Shown in pieces: positions 39,280-50,913 of a stretch of DNA of 64,000 bases (position 1 is its first letter; every line of letters begins with the position of its first letter). The notes beneath the pieces were generated by a model. It did no database searches. It saw only the letters and a program-made list of their open reading frames with translations, and was not told where the DNA came from. Source of the stretch: an uncultured delta proteobacterium (GTDB lineage: Bacteria > Myxococcota_A > Polyangia > Polyangiales > Polyangiaceae); assembly GCA_963696385.1 (NCBI GenBank), contig CAVOKF010000007.1, forward strand, positions 1-64,000, in the 5' to 3' direction. Position numbers and translations under genes: made by a program.

Positions 39280-39396
39280 GAACCGTACGCGATGGGAAGT
39301 GGGACGGATGAATTTCGAGAAAAGACCCGCTCGTGTCTACTTAAAGTAAGGGTTGGCCGCAACCTGAATGGTCCGCATTCGAAGGCTTTGCACGGT

Positions 39397-42300
39397 TCAA
39401 CCTATGCTGACGGGTACTTTGACGCCGAGACGCTTGACCATTTTTTGCAGTCCGAAGCGTGAAAGTCCGAGCAGTTGGGCGGCGCGGGTCTGATTGCCGC
39501 GCGTCTTGGTGAGGGCTTCGAGGAGCAGTTCGGTCTCGAGCGCGTCGACTCTCAAGCGGAGATCGAGTCCAGCCCCCCGTGCGGCGCTCGTACGGCTGTC
39601 AAGGACCTCCGCAGAGAGGTCGCCGAGGTCGATGGCGCCGTCGCCAAGGACAAGCGATTCTGCGCACTTCGTTCTCGAGCTGCCGGACGTTGCCGGGCCA
39701 TGGAAACCCTATGAGCTTCGCCATGGCCGCCCGAGTTACCCTCACCTCTCGACCGGGAGCGTGCTTGCGTACGAAGTGTGCCACGAGCAGCGGAATATCC
39801 TCGGTCCGTTCGCGGAGTGCCGGAACGCGCACGGTGATCACATTCAAGCGATAGAAGAGGTCCTCGCGAAAGTCGCCTGAGGCGACCATGGCTGCCAGAT
39901 CGCGATGGGTCGCTCCGATGACGCGGACATCCACTTTGCGCATCCGCTCACTACCGACGGCACGCACCTCGCCTCCCTGAAGGACGCGGAGGAGCTTGGC
40001 CTGCATCGCAAGCGACATTTCGCCGATTTCGTCCAGTAGGAGTGTGCCGCCATCGGCCACGTCGAAGAGACCGGCACGGGTGGACGATGCCCCCGTAAAG
40101 GCGCCACGCACATGTCCGAATAGAGTCGATTCGAGGAGAGTCTCCGGGACGCTCGCGCAATTCTCGCTCACAAACGGGCGGCGCGAACGCGAACCATTGC
40201 TATGGATGGCGCGAGCGACGAGCTCTTTGCCTGTGCCGCTTTCGCCAACGATGAGGACCGGAACGTCACTCGCCGTCACGCGATCTACAATCCTCAAGAG
40301 ATCGCGCATCGGCGCGCTGCGCCCGGAGATCTCATCGTAGCAATACCGGGTCTCGCGCCCGTCGCGGACCAACTCGAGCTGGTTGCGGGTCAGGTCGAGC
40401 TCTGCTTCACGCGCTTGCAACAGCGCTTCGATCTGAACGCGCGCCCGTTCGGCGCGGCGTACCGCCCGTCGCAGGAGGACCGCATCACGTGCATCCGCGA
40501 TGGCCATGGCCGCCTGGGAGGCAACTACACGCACCCATGCGAGCTCGCCAGGGCCGAATGCTCCTTTGCGCACACGGTCGTCCAGGTACACGACGCCGAG
40601 CGTTTCTCCGCGTGCAAGCAAAGGGACGGCGAGGACGCTGCGTAACCGGAGCGCGTGCACGCTGGCGTGGACGTCTCCCAAGGTCGAGAGCGCGTCGGTC
40701 GCGACGACGGCATCGCCGGTTTCAACGGCGCGACGCGCGATGGTCTGGGAAAGCGCAAGCTGGTCGCCGGTGATATCGCGTCGCGCCAAGTTCCGCGCGG
40801 CACGTGGCACTAGGCGACCGTCGGGGGCGCGCAGGAGTAGCAGGCCTCGTTCCACCCCTGTCCAAAGGACCATCGTGTCGAGTACTTGCTCGAGCAATGG
40901 GCGGAGCCGGTCGCGAACCGATAGGGCTCGCACGATAGCCTCGAGTTGTGCAACTTGCGCGGGTGCGAAGGAGATGTCGGCGTTCGGGCTCACAGCTCCC
41001 GAGGAGCCGGCCGTCCAGGGGACGGATGCGAGCGCCGAACGAAAATGCGGTGGCGTTCTATCGCGTAAAGTTCGCGCCGCAACGCCGCGGGCAAGATCGA
41101 AACGGCGCGCCGCATCGCCGTCCCCGCAACGAGTGGCGAGGCGCACGGCAGCGTCGAGCGCAGGCCCGCGCGAACCGAGGGGTGCCGGAACGTCGACCAG
41201 AGCCGACAGAGCTCCGAGCACGGTCGCCTCGCTGCCCAGCGCGCCACCGCCGATCAGAGCTTGTGCCCGGGCGCCCCACCACTCCCACTGTGCGGCAGAG
41301 CCGACTTCCCCAACGGCCTGGTCGCCCGCGACAAGGTCGTCCGGTTGGACGGTATCGCGCGCCCAAAGCAGGCACCTGGCGGCAGATTGGACGCCGTCCT
41401 CGACCCCGCCGCCAAGCAACCGTTCGGCGGCCTCGATGGCCCAAGCACGCGCGCTGGGGTCACCCGGCGGGCGGACTTCGACCTGCGCCCAGCGCGCATA
41501 CGCTACGACGCGACCGTCGCCGGCCTCTAGCGCGCGAGCCCGCGCCTCTTCGGCCGCTTCATCCGTCGCGTGCAGCGCGCCGATGGTCGCAAGAACGGCC
41601 GCGCGAGCCAGCCAGGCACGCGCAGCTCGCTCGGGTCGACCGAGACGCTCCCAAAGAAGGGCGGCGCGCGTCGCGCTCCCAAGCGCCAGCGCGACATCCC
41701 CGCCGTCCGCCGCCGCCGCCGCCTCGCTGGTCAAATACGTCGCTTCCTCGACCACCGAACCAGCGCGCGTCGCCAACTCGACCGCGCGACCGAACGCCGA
41801 CAGGGCTGCCGATGAGCCTCCGCGACCGAGCTCCAGCATGCCGCGGACCCCTTCCAAGCGCGCCACTGCGTCGGCATCTACGGCTTCCGCAAGCGCCTGT
41901 TCGACGCCACGAAGCCCAGCGTCGTATTGCCCGCGACTCCATGCGACCAGCGCCCGCACTTCGGCGGCCGCCGCTCCATGAGCTTCGCGCAGATGCTTCT
42001 CGGCCTCATCCAGATCACCTGCGTCCCAGGCGAGGCGGGCAAGCGTGGCATGACCGCTCGAGCCCGGCCCATCGGCGGCGGCGGCGATCGCGTGCTGCGC
42101 GGCGGCTCGAGCCTCGGTCGAATCCCCGCGCCTTCGCGCGACCTCGGCGCGAAGGGCGCAGGCCTCGGATCCGGTCGCGCCCGCAAGCGCCGCCCAAGCC
42201 CGCCCCGTTTCTCCGGCTCGCAAGAGGGCCGAAGCGAGCTGCACGACGAGCGTCGGAGGTGCGAGCCCAGCAGCAACGTCGTCCTCAGCCCCTGAAAAGG

Positions 42301-43549
42301 CCGAGGGACTCGGTACCGCACGTCCGAGCTCGCGAACCAGGCGGGCGCTACGCTCGCCAGGAGTCTCTACGCTCTCCTGTCGAATCGGCGGCCGAGCCAC
42401 TCCGCGTCCAGCAACGTCCTCAAACGTCCACGATCCGGGGGCTCTCATGCGGGCCAGATCCACGAGACGCGGCGCCAACCGGTCCTCGATGAAGTCGTCC
42501 GACCCGACGGGCCAGGCAGCCGCACTCGGGCCGACGAGCCCCACGAGCCAGCGGGCGCGTCGAACGGCCGCGAGCGGCTCTATGGCGCTTGCAGAGGCTA
42601 CGCTTCCTGAGATTTTCTCGGTCCAAGCGATCGCTTCTTCCAGCCACGTGCCGGCGGGCTGCCCCACTTGACGCGACACGATTGCACCCGCGGCGATATC
42701 GCGTGCGCGCTCCTTCAAGTACGCCCGCCGAACGCGCTCCACCCGTGCACGGGCGGCTTCTTCCTCATCCGCAACGAGACCGAGCCAACGAGCGGCCCTC
42801 GCCGCCAGCCAGGAAGCATCTGGGCGGCCTCCCGGCGCGGGGGCGACGAGGGTTTTCACCCACTGCGCCGGTTCACCACCGCCGGACGCGTCCCATGCGT
42901 CGAGTGCGTCGCAGGGGTCAGGCGCCTGCCGAATCCTTGGGTCGAGAATTTCGGCGAGAAGCACGCCCAACGCCCACAAATCCGCTGCAGGACCCGCCTC
43001 GCCTCGAGCGCGCAGCTCCGGCGAGGCATATCGAGGGGTGCCGCCACGAGCATCCGATCCGGCCTCCGTCGCGAGACCGAGGTCGATGAGCGTCGCCCCT
43101 CGATCGGCCGCGGTGTCCCGGCGGGAGGGGCGATTCGCGAGCAGGATGTTGGCCGGCTTGACGTCGCCGTGACGGATCCCTGCTTCATGAAGTTCCTCGA
43201 GCGCTCGCGCAACCGCATGGGCTACGACAGCGGCCAACAGATCGCTTTCCGCTCGATTGCCCTGCCCGTGGTCGATCGGCTGGCCATCGACCCACTCGGT
43301 AGCGATGAAGCCCGGCCCGACGTCAACGAGCGCCGGACCCCACCGGCGGTTCACACGCGCGATGAAAGCGGCCTCCCGCGCAAGCGCGATGGCTCCAGCC
43401 CCAGGCGAGTCTTTCGCAACTTTCAGCGCAACCCACTGCCCGGTCTCGCGTCGCCGGGCGCGCCAGACGACTGAGGTCGCTCCCTCCCCGACCCGTTCTA
43501 GCTCGAGCCACTCCGAGGCGGCCCCCGTTACTGCCAACTGATGTGACAC
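39397..43549 (-). CDS. Ser/Thr kinase-TPR-GAF-sigma54 enhancer-binding protein; Fis HTH out of frame as sequenced
   Basis: HGDVKPAN/DLG kinase, GAF, GESGTGKE, GAFTGA and WPGNVRQLEN. After one extra base near 39658 the other frame gives LVLGDG...GNQTRAAQLLGLSRFGLQKMVKRLG*. Confidence 0.88.
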
Positions 43550-43800
43550 CCAACCATCCTTATCCTTTCCACGTCAGCGAAGCTTCGAACCGAAGGTTCG
43601 TCAACTCCGGTTACTGGCGCCTTCAGAAACTGACCGTCGTCGCCCATCCCCGTCATAGCTGCCGTAATTTTGAAGCATTTCACTATTAAGAACGGGCACC
43701 TGCGCGATCCGACGCTCTCTCGCACGCCACGGACTCGCGCCGAAGACCGCAGATTTTTTCACGCAGGAGAGACGGTTGCCGCTCCAGCGTGCGAGCCCAA

Positions 43801-43972
43801 CGCGAAGGCGGTTCGTGGCTCTCGGGCCGCGAGTGGCAGACTTCCGACGCGAAGCCGCATTGCGAAGGCGGTTCTTGGCTCTCGGACTGCGAGTGGCGAA
43901 CTTCCGCCGCGGAGCCGCATTGCGCAAGCCGGTTCGTGGCTCTCGGGTCGCGAGTGGCGAACTTCCGCCGAA
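43801..43972. repeat. About 60-bp intergenic tandem repeat, about 3 copies
   Basis: GGTTCGTGGCTCTCGG...GCGAGTGGCGAACTTCCGCCGCG recurs. Confidence 0.85.
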
Positions 43973-44365
43973 ACGGTTGCCCGCAGCGGGCGTAACGCGA
44001 TCACGGTGGGCTCCGTCCACCCATCACGCGTACGGTCGCGGAGCAAGTGGGGGCCAGCGTGCTCGCAGCCCCATTGAGAAACATCCATGAGATTTCGTAG
44101 GACCCCGGGGCGCCTATTCTCAGCAGGATGGGGCCCGTTCATCCCGCGGGCCACGCACGACGCGTTCGCGGGGCGACATCGCTTTGGCCAAGGACGAGAC
44201 TCGATGAGATGAGACTTGGTGCGGCTCCCTCCAGCACACCCGGATCGGCATCCCGTTCGTCCGTAATTCACCTTTTTCCCCTACGGTCGGGTCGTCCCGG
44301 TTTAGGCCCAGGTGCCGCGCTCGCAAGAGATCGCTTGTCCGTGCTCGCCGTGCCGCGCGCCAAGC

Positions 44366-44557
44366 CTAAAATCGGATCCCGTTTTGAGCTCGGTGCTTCC
44401 ACCAGCGCCATCCCAACAGCGCGGTCGGCACAGCCGCAATGACTGCCACAGGCAGGCCGACTGTCGCGCCGAGCACCACGGTCGCCGCAGCCGCCGATCC
44501 GGCCGCGAGTCCCTTACGGCGTGACTCAACCAGTATTTCGCTCCGAGATTTCGTCAT
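44366..44557 (-). CDS. Small membrane protein
   Basis: MTKSRSEILVESRRKG, a hydrophobic stretch, then WRWWKHRAQNGIRF. Confidence 0.6.
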   Translation of the reverse strand: MTKSRSEILVESRRKGLAAGSAAAATVVLGATVGLPVAVIAAVPTALLGWRWWKHRAQNGIRF

Positions 44558-44675
44558 AGATCCATCGTGTGGCTGAGCGAGGTCCGAAGCAACCGTCAAA
44601 GGAGCGGCTCAATTCCATTCGCAGGTTGCGTCTCACGACCTCCTCGTGAGGCCGCTCGCCGTCTGCGGCAACCTG

Positions 44676-46463
44676 TCAGGGGAGCGGCCCAATTCCGCGC
44701 GCGTGCGCGCGCGTCCAGCGCGAGACCAGGTCGACGTCGGCCGGCGAGAGATCGCGGTCGAACCGAGGCATGTGCTTCTTCATAGCCGGATCGAGCGCCC
44801 TGTCCCGATACGTCTGCGGCGTCGCCGGGTTGGCAACCTGCGCGATCGTCCATGCGATTGATCCGTAGCGCGAAAGCTCGGGCGCAAACCCCGATCCTTC
44901 AAGGTCACCGTCGCCCTTGTAGGGATGGCACGAAGAGCAGCGCGATCGAACGACTTTCTCCCCTAGGACTCGCTGCCAGTGCTCACCCTGACGCGGACCG
45001 TCCTCCGGCTCGTTGCCTTCGTTCGCCAGGAACACCGCGACGGCGTGCCGCTCGATGTCGCCCTTGACCATCGCCGTCCAGGTCAGCGCGATAAAGGAAT
45101 CGGTTGGACGCACGTCGACGCTCGGCATCTTCTGAGCATAGGGTCCGTTTCCAAAAAAATGGCGGGCGTCCGGCTCATGCATCATGGCTTCGATCCATTC
45201 TGCCGTGCCCCAGCCGTCGAGCTTGGCCGCCGTCGCTTTGGCCGGATCGCCGAGGCCGTCGAGGACGTGACAGCTCGCGCATTGCGCTTCGAAGAGGTCA
45301 TGGCCCCGTAGCTCCGGATCGTTTCGCACCATGTCGAGCGCACCGGCCGGCGGGACGCCCCTCATCGCGATCTTCACCGCCGCCACGGCTCGCGCCTGCG
45401 CGTTTCCACGCATCTTCGCGTAGATCGGATCTCGCGCGTCGTGTCGATACGCTGCGATCCCGAGAAGCACCGCCGCCCCTAAACAGATCATGACCGGAGC
45501 GAGGACGATGATGTGCGCACGGGGCGGACGGTCCAGCCACGGCAAAGCGACCAAATATCCAACAACCGCGCCGGGGATGAGGGTGAGCGCCCAAAACTCA
45601 GCGGCACCGTGGAAGAACTTGCGAAGCTCGTACAGTGAAAGAAGAAACCACTCAGGTCGCGCGAGATAGTCGCTCGTCGGATCGGCCGGCGCGTCGAGAG
45701 GAGCTCCGCGCGTCCCTGCGGTCACCGCGAATATTGCGAACGTGGTCGTAACGGCGACGGCGACGGCTGGGCCAAGCTGCTCGACGCGCGACGTGACTCC
45801 GGAAGTTGGCGCGGCGCGCAGGCGGCCATACCGAAGCGCAAGCGCATGACGCGCCCAGAGCACGGTCGCCAACAGCAAGGGAAGTGCCAGCACGTGAGCC
45901 GCGTACGCACGGGCCAACCCAAGGGCCCCCAGCTCGACGCCGCCACATACCATCCGCTGCGCCCACGCTCCCAAAACGGGGGTGAGTCCCAGAATGTTTG
46001 CTTCGATCGTTCGCGCCCACCACCCGCGTTGGTCCCAAGGCAACAGACCGCCGCTGATGCTCTGGCCGACGGAAAGCCCTGCAACGAGGAGGGTGAGCCA
46101 CCACACGAGCTCGCGCCGGGGGCGATAGGCGGCGGTGACCGCACCATACAAAATGTGCATGAAGGAGGCGACGAGAAGCACCTGTGCGGCCCAGTAGTGA
46201 ATTCCCCGGACAATCCAGCCGTGGGGCTCGATGAATTGGAGATAATGCACGCTCGCCCATGCCGATTGGGGCGATGCGCCGTAGTTGGACATCAACACGA
46301 TGCCCGTCAACACGAGAACGCCGAAGCATGCCGCGATCACCGCTCCGAGCAGCTGCGAGCCGACGTCCATCGCTACCGCCGGGGCGTCGACCCAAGCCCT
46401 TACCGCCGCGCGCAGCCCCGTGCGCTCGTTGACCCAATCGCCCAGAGCGCGAAGTGTTCGCAT
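44676..46463 (-). CDS. Cytochrome b (b6 plus subunit IV) fused to a diheme cytochrome c
   Basis: GWIVRGIHYWAA...MH, LLPWDQ, RPEWF, and two CxxCH motifs (CASCH, CSSCH). Confidence 0.92.
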   Translation of the reverse strand: MRTLRALGDWVNERTGLRAAVRAWVDAPAVAMDVGSQLLGAVIAACFGVLVLTGIVLMSNYGASPQSAWASVHYLQFIEPHGWIVRGIHYWAAQVLLVASFMHILYGAVTAAYRPRRELVWWLTLLVAGLSVGQSISGGLLPWDQRGWWARTIEANILGLTPVLGAWAQRMVCGGVELGALGLARAYAAHVLALPLLLATVLWARHALALRYGRLRAAPTSGVTSRVEQLGPAVAVAVTTTFAIFAVTAGTRGAPLDAPADPTSDYLARPEWFLLSLYELRKFFHGAAEFWALTLIPGAVVGYLVALPWLDRPPRAHIIVLAPVMICLGAAVLLGIAAYRHDARDPIYAKMRGNAQARAVAAVKIAMRGVPPAGALDMVRNDPELRGHDLFEAQCASCHVLDGLGDPAKATAAKLDGWGTAEWIEAMMHEPDARHFFGNGPYAQKMPSVDVRPTDSFIALTWTAMVKGDIERHAVAVFLANEGNEPEDGPRQGEHWQRVLGEKVVRSRCSSCHPYKGDGDLEGSGFAPELSRYGSIAWTIAQVANPATPQTYRDRALDPAMKKHMPRFDRDLSPADVDLVSRWTRAHARGIGPLP

Positions 46464-46468
46464 ACCGC

Positions 46469-46987
46469 TCAGCCGACCGGTTCCTTTTGAGGCACTCCCT
46501 GACGGAAACGCCGAAAATCGACCAGAACGAAGCGCTCCGCGACGCGCGTATCGAGAGCGTCCAAATCTCTCGGAGAAGGTCCGTTCAGACGACGCCCCAT
46601 CGCGTCGAATGACGAGTCGTGGCACGGGCAATTGAACCCCCGGCCATTGACGGACCGACCGACGGCGCAACCGAGATGCGGGCAAACGGCGCTCCACGCC
46701 CGCACGCTCTCGCCACGGCGCACGAGCCACGCCGCGCCAAGCGGGACGTTTTTCTCGATGACCCAAGCGTCGTGATGATCGGCGATCATCGGTACACGGG
46801 TCGGCTCGCCCTCGGGGAGTGCTTCCATCGGTACGGTCTTGATCCAACGACCCGACGAGCTGCCCGCGCGCGCCGGAGCGAGGAGCAGCCGCACAGCCGG
46901 AAGGCCAATCGCCACGCATCCAACGCCACCGCCAAGGGCAATCGCACCCAACGCGTGGCGTCTGCTGGTTGCCGCATCGTCGGTCAC
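46469..46987 (-). CDS. Rieske iron-sulfur protein
   Basis: Tat-like SRRHAL, CPHLGC, CPCHDS and GPSPRDL. Confidence 0.93.
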   Translation of the reverse strand: MTDDAATSRRHALGAIALGGGVGCVAIGLPAVRLLLAPARAGSSSGRWIKTVPMEALPEGEPTRVPMIADHHDAWVIEKNVPLGAAWLVRRGESVRAWSAVCPHLGCAVGRSVNGRGFNCPCHDSSFDAMGRRLNGPSPRDLDALDTRVAERFVLVDFRRFRQGVPQKEPVG

Positions 46988-47172
46988 GCGCCCAATCTTA
47001 GCCGGATCGGAAGCGAAACCAAACGATGCGCACACGAAGGGTGCGCTGGGCATTGGGGACCACGGCACCCCCGGAGACGCCGCGCACCTGAAACCAAGCG
47101 ACGCAAGCAGGCCGCGCGGCGCAAAGCGGCTGGCTCATCTCATCTCATCTCAGAAGGGCCAGCCCCGGTCGA

Positions 47173-47338
47173 ATGGGCATGACCGTGGGCCGCGCGTGGA
47201 TACCTCAACGCCGCGCAGAACTCCGGCGAACGGAGGCGCCATGGCCATGACCGTGCGCCGCGCATCGATACCTCAACGCCGCGGAGAACTCCGGCGAACG
47301 AAGGCGCCATGGGCATGACCGTGGGCCGCGCGTGGATA
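47173..47338. repeat. 68-bp tandem repeat, about 2.4 copies
   Basis: ATGG(G/C)CATGACCGTG...GATACCTCAACGCCGCG...GGCGCC at 47173, 47241 and 47309. Confidence 0.85.
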
Positions 47339-47394
47339 AGGAAATGCCAGGCGGACACGGAAGGCGACACGACGCGGTGCTAACAGAAGGCACC

Positions 47395-48099
47395 ATGCGC
47401 GTGCTCGTTGGAACAAGCGGTTATTCGTACAAGGAGTGGAAAGGTGGATTCTATCCGGATAAAATGCCCGCAACCGGGTTCTTGCGGTTCTACTCGGAGC
47501 AATTTTCGACCGTCGAAGTGAACAACACGTTTTACCGGATGCCTACGGTCAAGCTCATTTCGTCTTGGGCGAGCGAGGTTCCGGAGCACTTTTCGTTCGC
47601 CATCAAGGCGCCGCAGCGCATCACGCACGTGGCTAAACTCAGGGACGCATCCGATGCCCTCAAGGCGTTCGTCCTTGCTGTGCGCGAGCTCGGAAGTCGC
47701 TTGGGCCCCCTGCTGTTTCAGCTCCCTCCCTTTCTTCGCAAGGACGTGCCGCGGTTGACAGAATTTCTCAACCAAGTTCCAACCGACCTCCGCATCGCGT
47801 TCGAATTCCGCCACCCCTCGTGGTTCGACGACGACGTGATGACGGCCCTTCGCATGCACGGGGCCGCGCTGTGTGTGGCGGAGGGCGAAGCGCTGGAATC
47901 TCCCCTCGAGGCAACCGCTCGGTGGGGCTATGTGCGACTCCGGCGAGACGACTATCCGGACGCCCTGCTCGCCGAGTGGGCCGCGCGCATTCGCGCCCAA
48001 CCGTGGGAGGACGCGTTCGTCTACCTCAAGCACGATGGAGGAAACGCGCCTTTATTCGCAAAGCGGCTCATCGATAATTTTTCCACCGTTGGGGGCTGA
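47395..48099 (+). CDS. DUF72 family protein
   Basis: VGTSGYSYKEWKGGFYP, VEVNNTFYRMP, LFQLPP, EFRHPSW and YVRLR. Confidence 0.93.
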   Translation: MRVLVGTSGYSYKEWKGGFYPDKMPATGFLRFYSEQFSTVEVNNTFYRMPTVKLISSWASEVPEHFSFAIKAPQRITHVAKLRDASDALKAFVLAVRELGSRLGPLLFQLPPFLRKDVPRLTEFLNQVPTDLRIAFEFRHPSWFDDDVMTALRMHGAALCVAEGEALESPLEATARWGYVRLRRDDYPDALLAEWAARIRAQPWEDAFVYLKHDGGNAPLFAKRLIDNFSTVGG

Positions 48100-48133
48100 G
48101 GCGCGCCAGTTCGCGGTACGGTTGGAGAAACCG

Positions 48134-49606
48134 GTGACCATTCCCCTTCGTCAGTTCGGCGCGCAGCGTTCGTTATGGCCGCACGCCGTGCGCCTTGCGT
48201 ACGCTTTGTTCTTCTTCGCTTTCGCGATCCCGGCAGCCTGCACGACCGACCGGGCTGTCGGCGGCGCAGGGATGACGGACGCGACGGCGGCCGGCGCAAC
48301 GTCCGTCGACGCGGCCGAACCCCCCGCCGCGTACGTTGAAGCCGCGGCCAACGCTTCGCTAGCGGATCCCTGCAGCCTTCCTGGATCCATCCAATTCACG
48401 GCATCCGGGACGGTCACGGTGGTCGGAGGCCCGGCTGGCACCGACTCGTTGAGCTTTCTCCACTTGCCCGCGGGCTTTTGCGCCCATTACTTCGCGTTCG
48501 TCGGCAATACCAACGGGGGCGACGTGCGGCAGATGCGATTCGCGCCCGGCGGCGAGCTGTTCGTTTCATCGCCGCAAACTCCGACGACGGGCGGAAACGG
48601 CAACGGCGGGCTCGGGGCCATCGTGGTCCTACCGGACGACAATGGCGACGGAACGGCGGACACGCAGATTACCTTCCTCTCGAACTTGCCATCCACTCAG
48701 GGTCTGCTGTTCGCCAACGATCAGCTCTACTACCAGGATGGAACGAGCATCATGAGCGTTCCGTATAGGACGGGCGACCGGGCGCCGAGCGGCCAGGCGA
48801 CGCAGGTGGCGGACATTACCATCTACGAGTCGGCTCTCCATTGGCCCAAGACACTCGACATCGCCGACGACGGCACGATCTATGTGGGCAACGGCGGCGA
48901 TCAGGACGAAGCCTGCGATCCCTCGCGCCCCTTTCACGGCGGCATCCTCAAGCTCGACGGATCGCCGGATGGATCGGCGGGTGGGACGCCGGTGGCGAAG
49001 GGGCTGCGAAACCCAATTGCCGTACGCTGCGCACGCGGTCATGACCAGTGTTTTGCGCTCGAACTGGGCAAGGATTATTCGAATTCGGAGGGGGGCCATG
49101 AAAAGCTCGTTCCGATTCACGACGGCGATGATTGGGGCTTCCCATGTTGCGCAACGCGCGACGTTCCCTTCTCGGACGTCATGCCCGTGCCCGACTGCTC
49201 CGCCATGACGGCGGATACGAATGCGTTCGTGATTGGCGATACGCCGTTCGGACTGGACTTCGAGTCGGGCCGGTGGCCAGCGCCGTGGACAGGTGACGTC
49301 TTCATCGTCACGCACGGCGTCTGCTGCGGATCATGGGTCGGCGCTCGCATTGTGGCCGTCGGAATGGATCCGAACACCGGTCTGCCGCTCGCCAGCACCG
49401 ATGTGGCCGTCGACGGCGGCTTTGGGCCTGACGAGGGCGCTATGACGAATTTCGCCACCGGATGGGACGACGGAACGGTCGCCCACGGCCGGCCCGCCGC
49501 GGTGACGTTCTCGAGCGACGGGCGCCTCTTCGTAGCGAACGACGTCAACGGGATCATTTTTTGGATCGCGCCCATGAATCTGAGTCCGCTTGGATCGGAC
49601 CCGTAA
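48134..49606 (+). CDS. Glucose/sorbosone dehydrogenase-like beta-propeller lipoprotein
   Basis: LHLPAGFCAHYF, RQMRFAPGGELFV, AKGLRNP, DWGFPCC and GRPAAVTFSSDGRLFVAND. Start is approximate. Confidence 0.85.
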   Translation: MTIPLRQFGAQRSLWPHAVRLAYALFFFAFAIPAACTTDRAVGGAGMTDATAAGATSVDAAEPPAAYVEAAANASLADPCSLPGSIQFTASGTVTVVGGPAGTDSLSFLHLPAGFCAHYFAFVGNTNGGDVRQMRFAPGGELFVSSPQTPTTGGNGNGGLGAIVVLPDDNGDGTADTQITFLSNLPSTQGLLFANDQLYYQDGTSIMSVPYRTGDRAPSGQATQVADITIYESALHWPKTLDIADDGTIYVGNGGDQDEACDPSRPFHGGILKLDGSPDGSAGGTPVAKGLRNPIAVRCARGHDQCFALELGKDYSNSEGGHEKLVPIHDGDDWGFPCCATRDVPFSDVMPVPDCSAMTADTNAFVIGDTPFGLDFESGRWPAPWTGDVFIVTHGVCCGSWVGARIVAVGMDPNTGLPLASTDVAVDGGFGPDEGAMTNFATGWDDGTVAHGRPAAVTFSSDGRLFVANDVNGIIFWIAPMNLSPLGSDP

Positions 49607-49689
49607 GGCGCCGTCCATGTATTACGGACCTGTAATCGCGCTCTCCCACATCGAGGAACAGTCCGTCGGCGCGCGCCAATCTGCTCCGT

Positions 49690-49910
49690 TATTTGCCTCC
49701 TGCTGACCGCATCCGATCGATCTCGTCGAGCGCAATCCGCCACTTCGGGCGATCGTCGTCGGTAGTTTCGCCCGCTCGCTGCGGGCCGGATCGTTCGTCC
49801 ACACCTTTGGAAGATAGAGACGCAAACCGACCGGCACGAATATGTCGCGCGAGCGTCAGTGAAACGAGGCATGGACAGTTCGTCTGCTTGTTGAGCGCGC
49901 CGCAGTACTG
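49690..49910 (-). pseudogene. IS701-family transposase fragment
   Basis: QYCGALNKQTNC..LVSLTLA, PVGLRLYLPKVWTNDPAR and PKWRIALDEIDR spread over shifted frames. Confidence 0.8.
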
Positions 49911-49920
49911 AAGTGCCACG

Positions 49921-50140
49921 AGCCGGGCGTTGTACTCAATCGCCGGGAGCCGATTGGGGGTTGGCCAGTGCAAGGGAATCAGCCGGGCGGTGTACTCAAT
50001 CGCCGGGAGCCGATTGGAATTGGCCAGTGCAAGGGAATCAGCCGGGCGTTGTACTCAATCGCCGGGAGCCGATGGGGGTTGGCCCGTGCAAGGGAATCAG
50101 CCGGGCGGTGTACTCAATCGCCGAGAGCCGATTGGGGGTT
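49921..50140. repeat. About 60-bp tandem repeat, about 3.7 copies
   Basis: AGCCGGGCG(T/G)TGTACTCAATCGCCGGGAGCCGATTGG...TGCAAGGGAATC recurs. Confidence 0.9.
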
Positions 50141-50211
50141 GGAGTTGCAGAGGGTACGGACACGCTCCCGCTGGGTCCGTCGATCGTGCCTCAGGCCGGG
50201 CGGGCACTCGC

Positions 50212-50913
50212 TCACGCTTCGACTTTGAAGCGGTAACCCACCCCCGGCTCGGTCAGCAGGTACCTGGGTCGAGCCGGATTCTCCTCGAGCTTCTGTCTCA
50301 ACTGCGCCATGTAGACGCGCAGATACTGCATCTGGTGAGCATGCCCGGGACCCCAAACCGGGTCGAGGAGCTGCTTGTGTGTCAGCACCTTACCGGCGTG
50401 CCTCAACAGTACGGTCAAGAGCTTGTATTCGATCGGCGTGAGGTGAACCTCGGCGCCGTCGACAAATACGAGGCGCTTGCCCAAGTCGATGCGCAGCTTG
50501 CCCACCGTCACGACCGATGCGGCAGGATCGTGGGGCGAGCGAGCTGCGTGTCGCAGAGCGACGCGAATGCGCGCGAGGAGCTCTTCGGAGCCGAAGGGTT
50601 TCGTCAGATAGTCGTCCGCCCCAGCGTCGAGCGCTTCGACCTTCTGCGCCTCCTGACCCCGAGCAGAAAGAATGAGGATAGGGACGAAGCTCCATTCTCG
50701 AATCTGACGTGTGAAATCCAGCCCGTCCATGTCAGGCAGGCCCAGATCGAGCAAGACGATGTCGGGCGTGTGGGCGACCGCCTGCTGCATCCCTTCGCGC
50801 GCTGTCTCGGCTTCGATAACGCGGTACCCGTGCGCCACGAGCGCGAGGCGAATGAACTTGCGCATCGGCGCATCGTCCTCGACGAGCAGAACCTGGGCCT
50901 TTGCTTCGCTCAT
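50212..50913 (-). CDS. kdpE: Response regulator KdpE
   Basis: LLDLGLPDMDG, KVEALDAGADDYLTKPF, YLRVYMAQLRQKLEENPARPRYLLTEPGVGYR. Confidence 0.95.
   Translation of the reverse strand: MSEAKAQVLLVEDDAPMRKFIRLALVAHGYRVIEAETAREGMQQAVAHTPDIVLLDLGLPDMDGLDFTRQIREWSFVPILILSARGQEAQKVEALDAGADDYLTKPFGSEELLARIRVALRHAARSPHDPAASVVTVGKLRIDLGKRLVFVDGAEVHLTPIEYKLLTVLLRHAGKVLTHKQLLDPVWGPGHAHQMQYLRVYMAQLRQKLEENPARPRYLLTEPGVGYRFKVEA

Noticed and set aside
49921..50140. Possible CRISPR array (likewise 43801-43972 and 60911-61102)
   Set aside because: Whole units repeat, with no spacer diversity.
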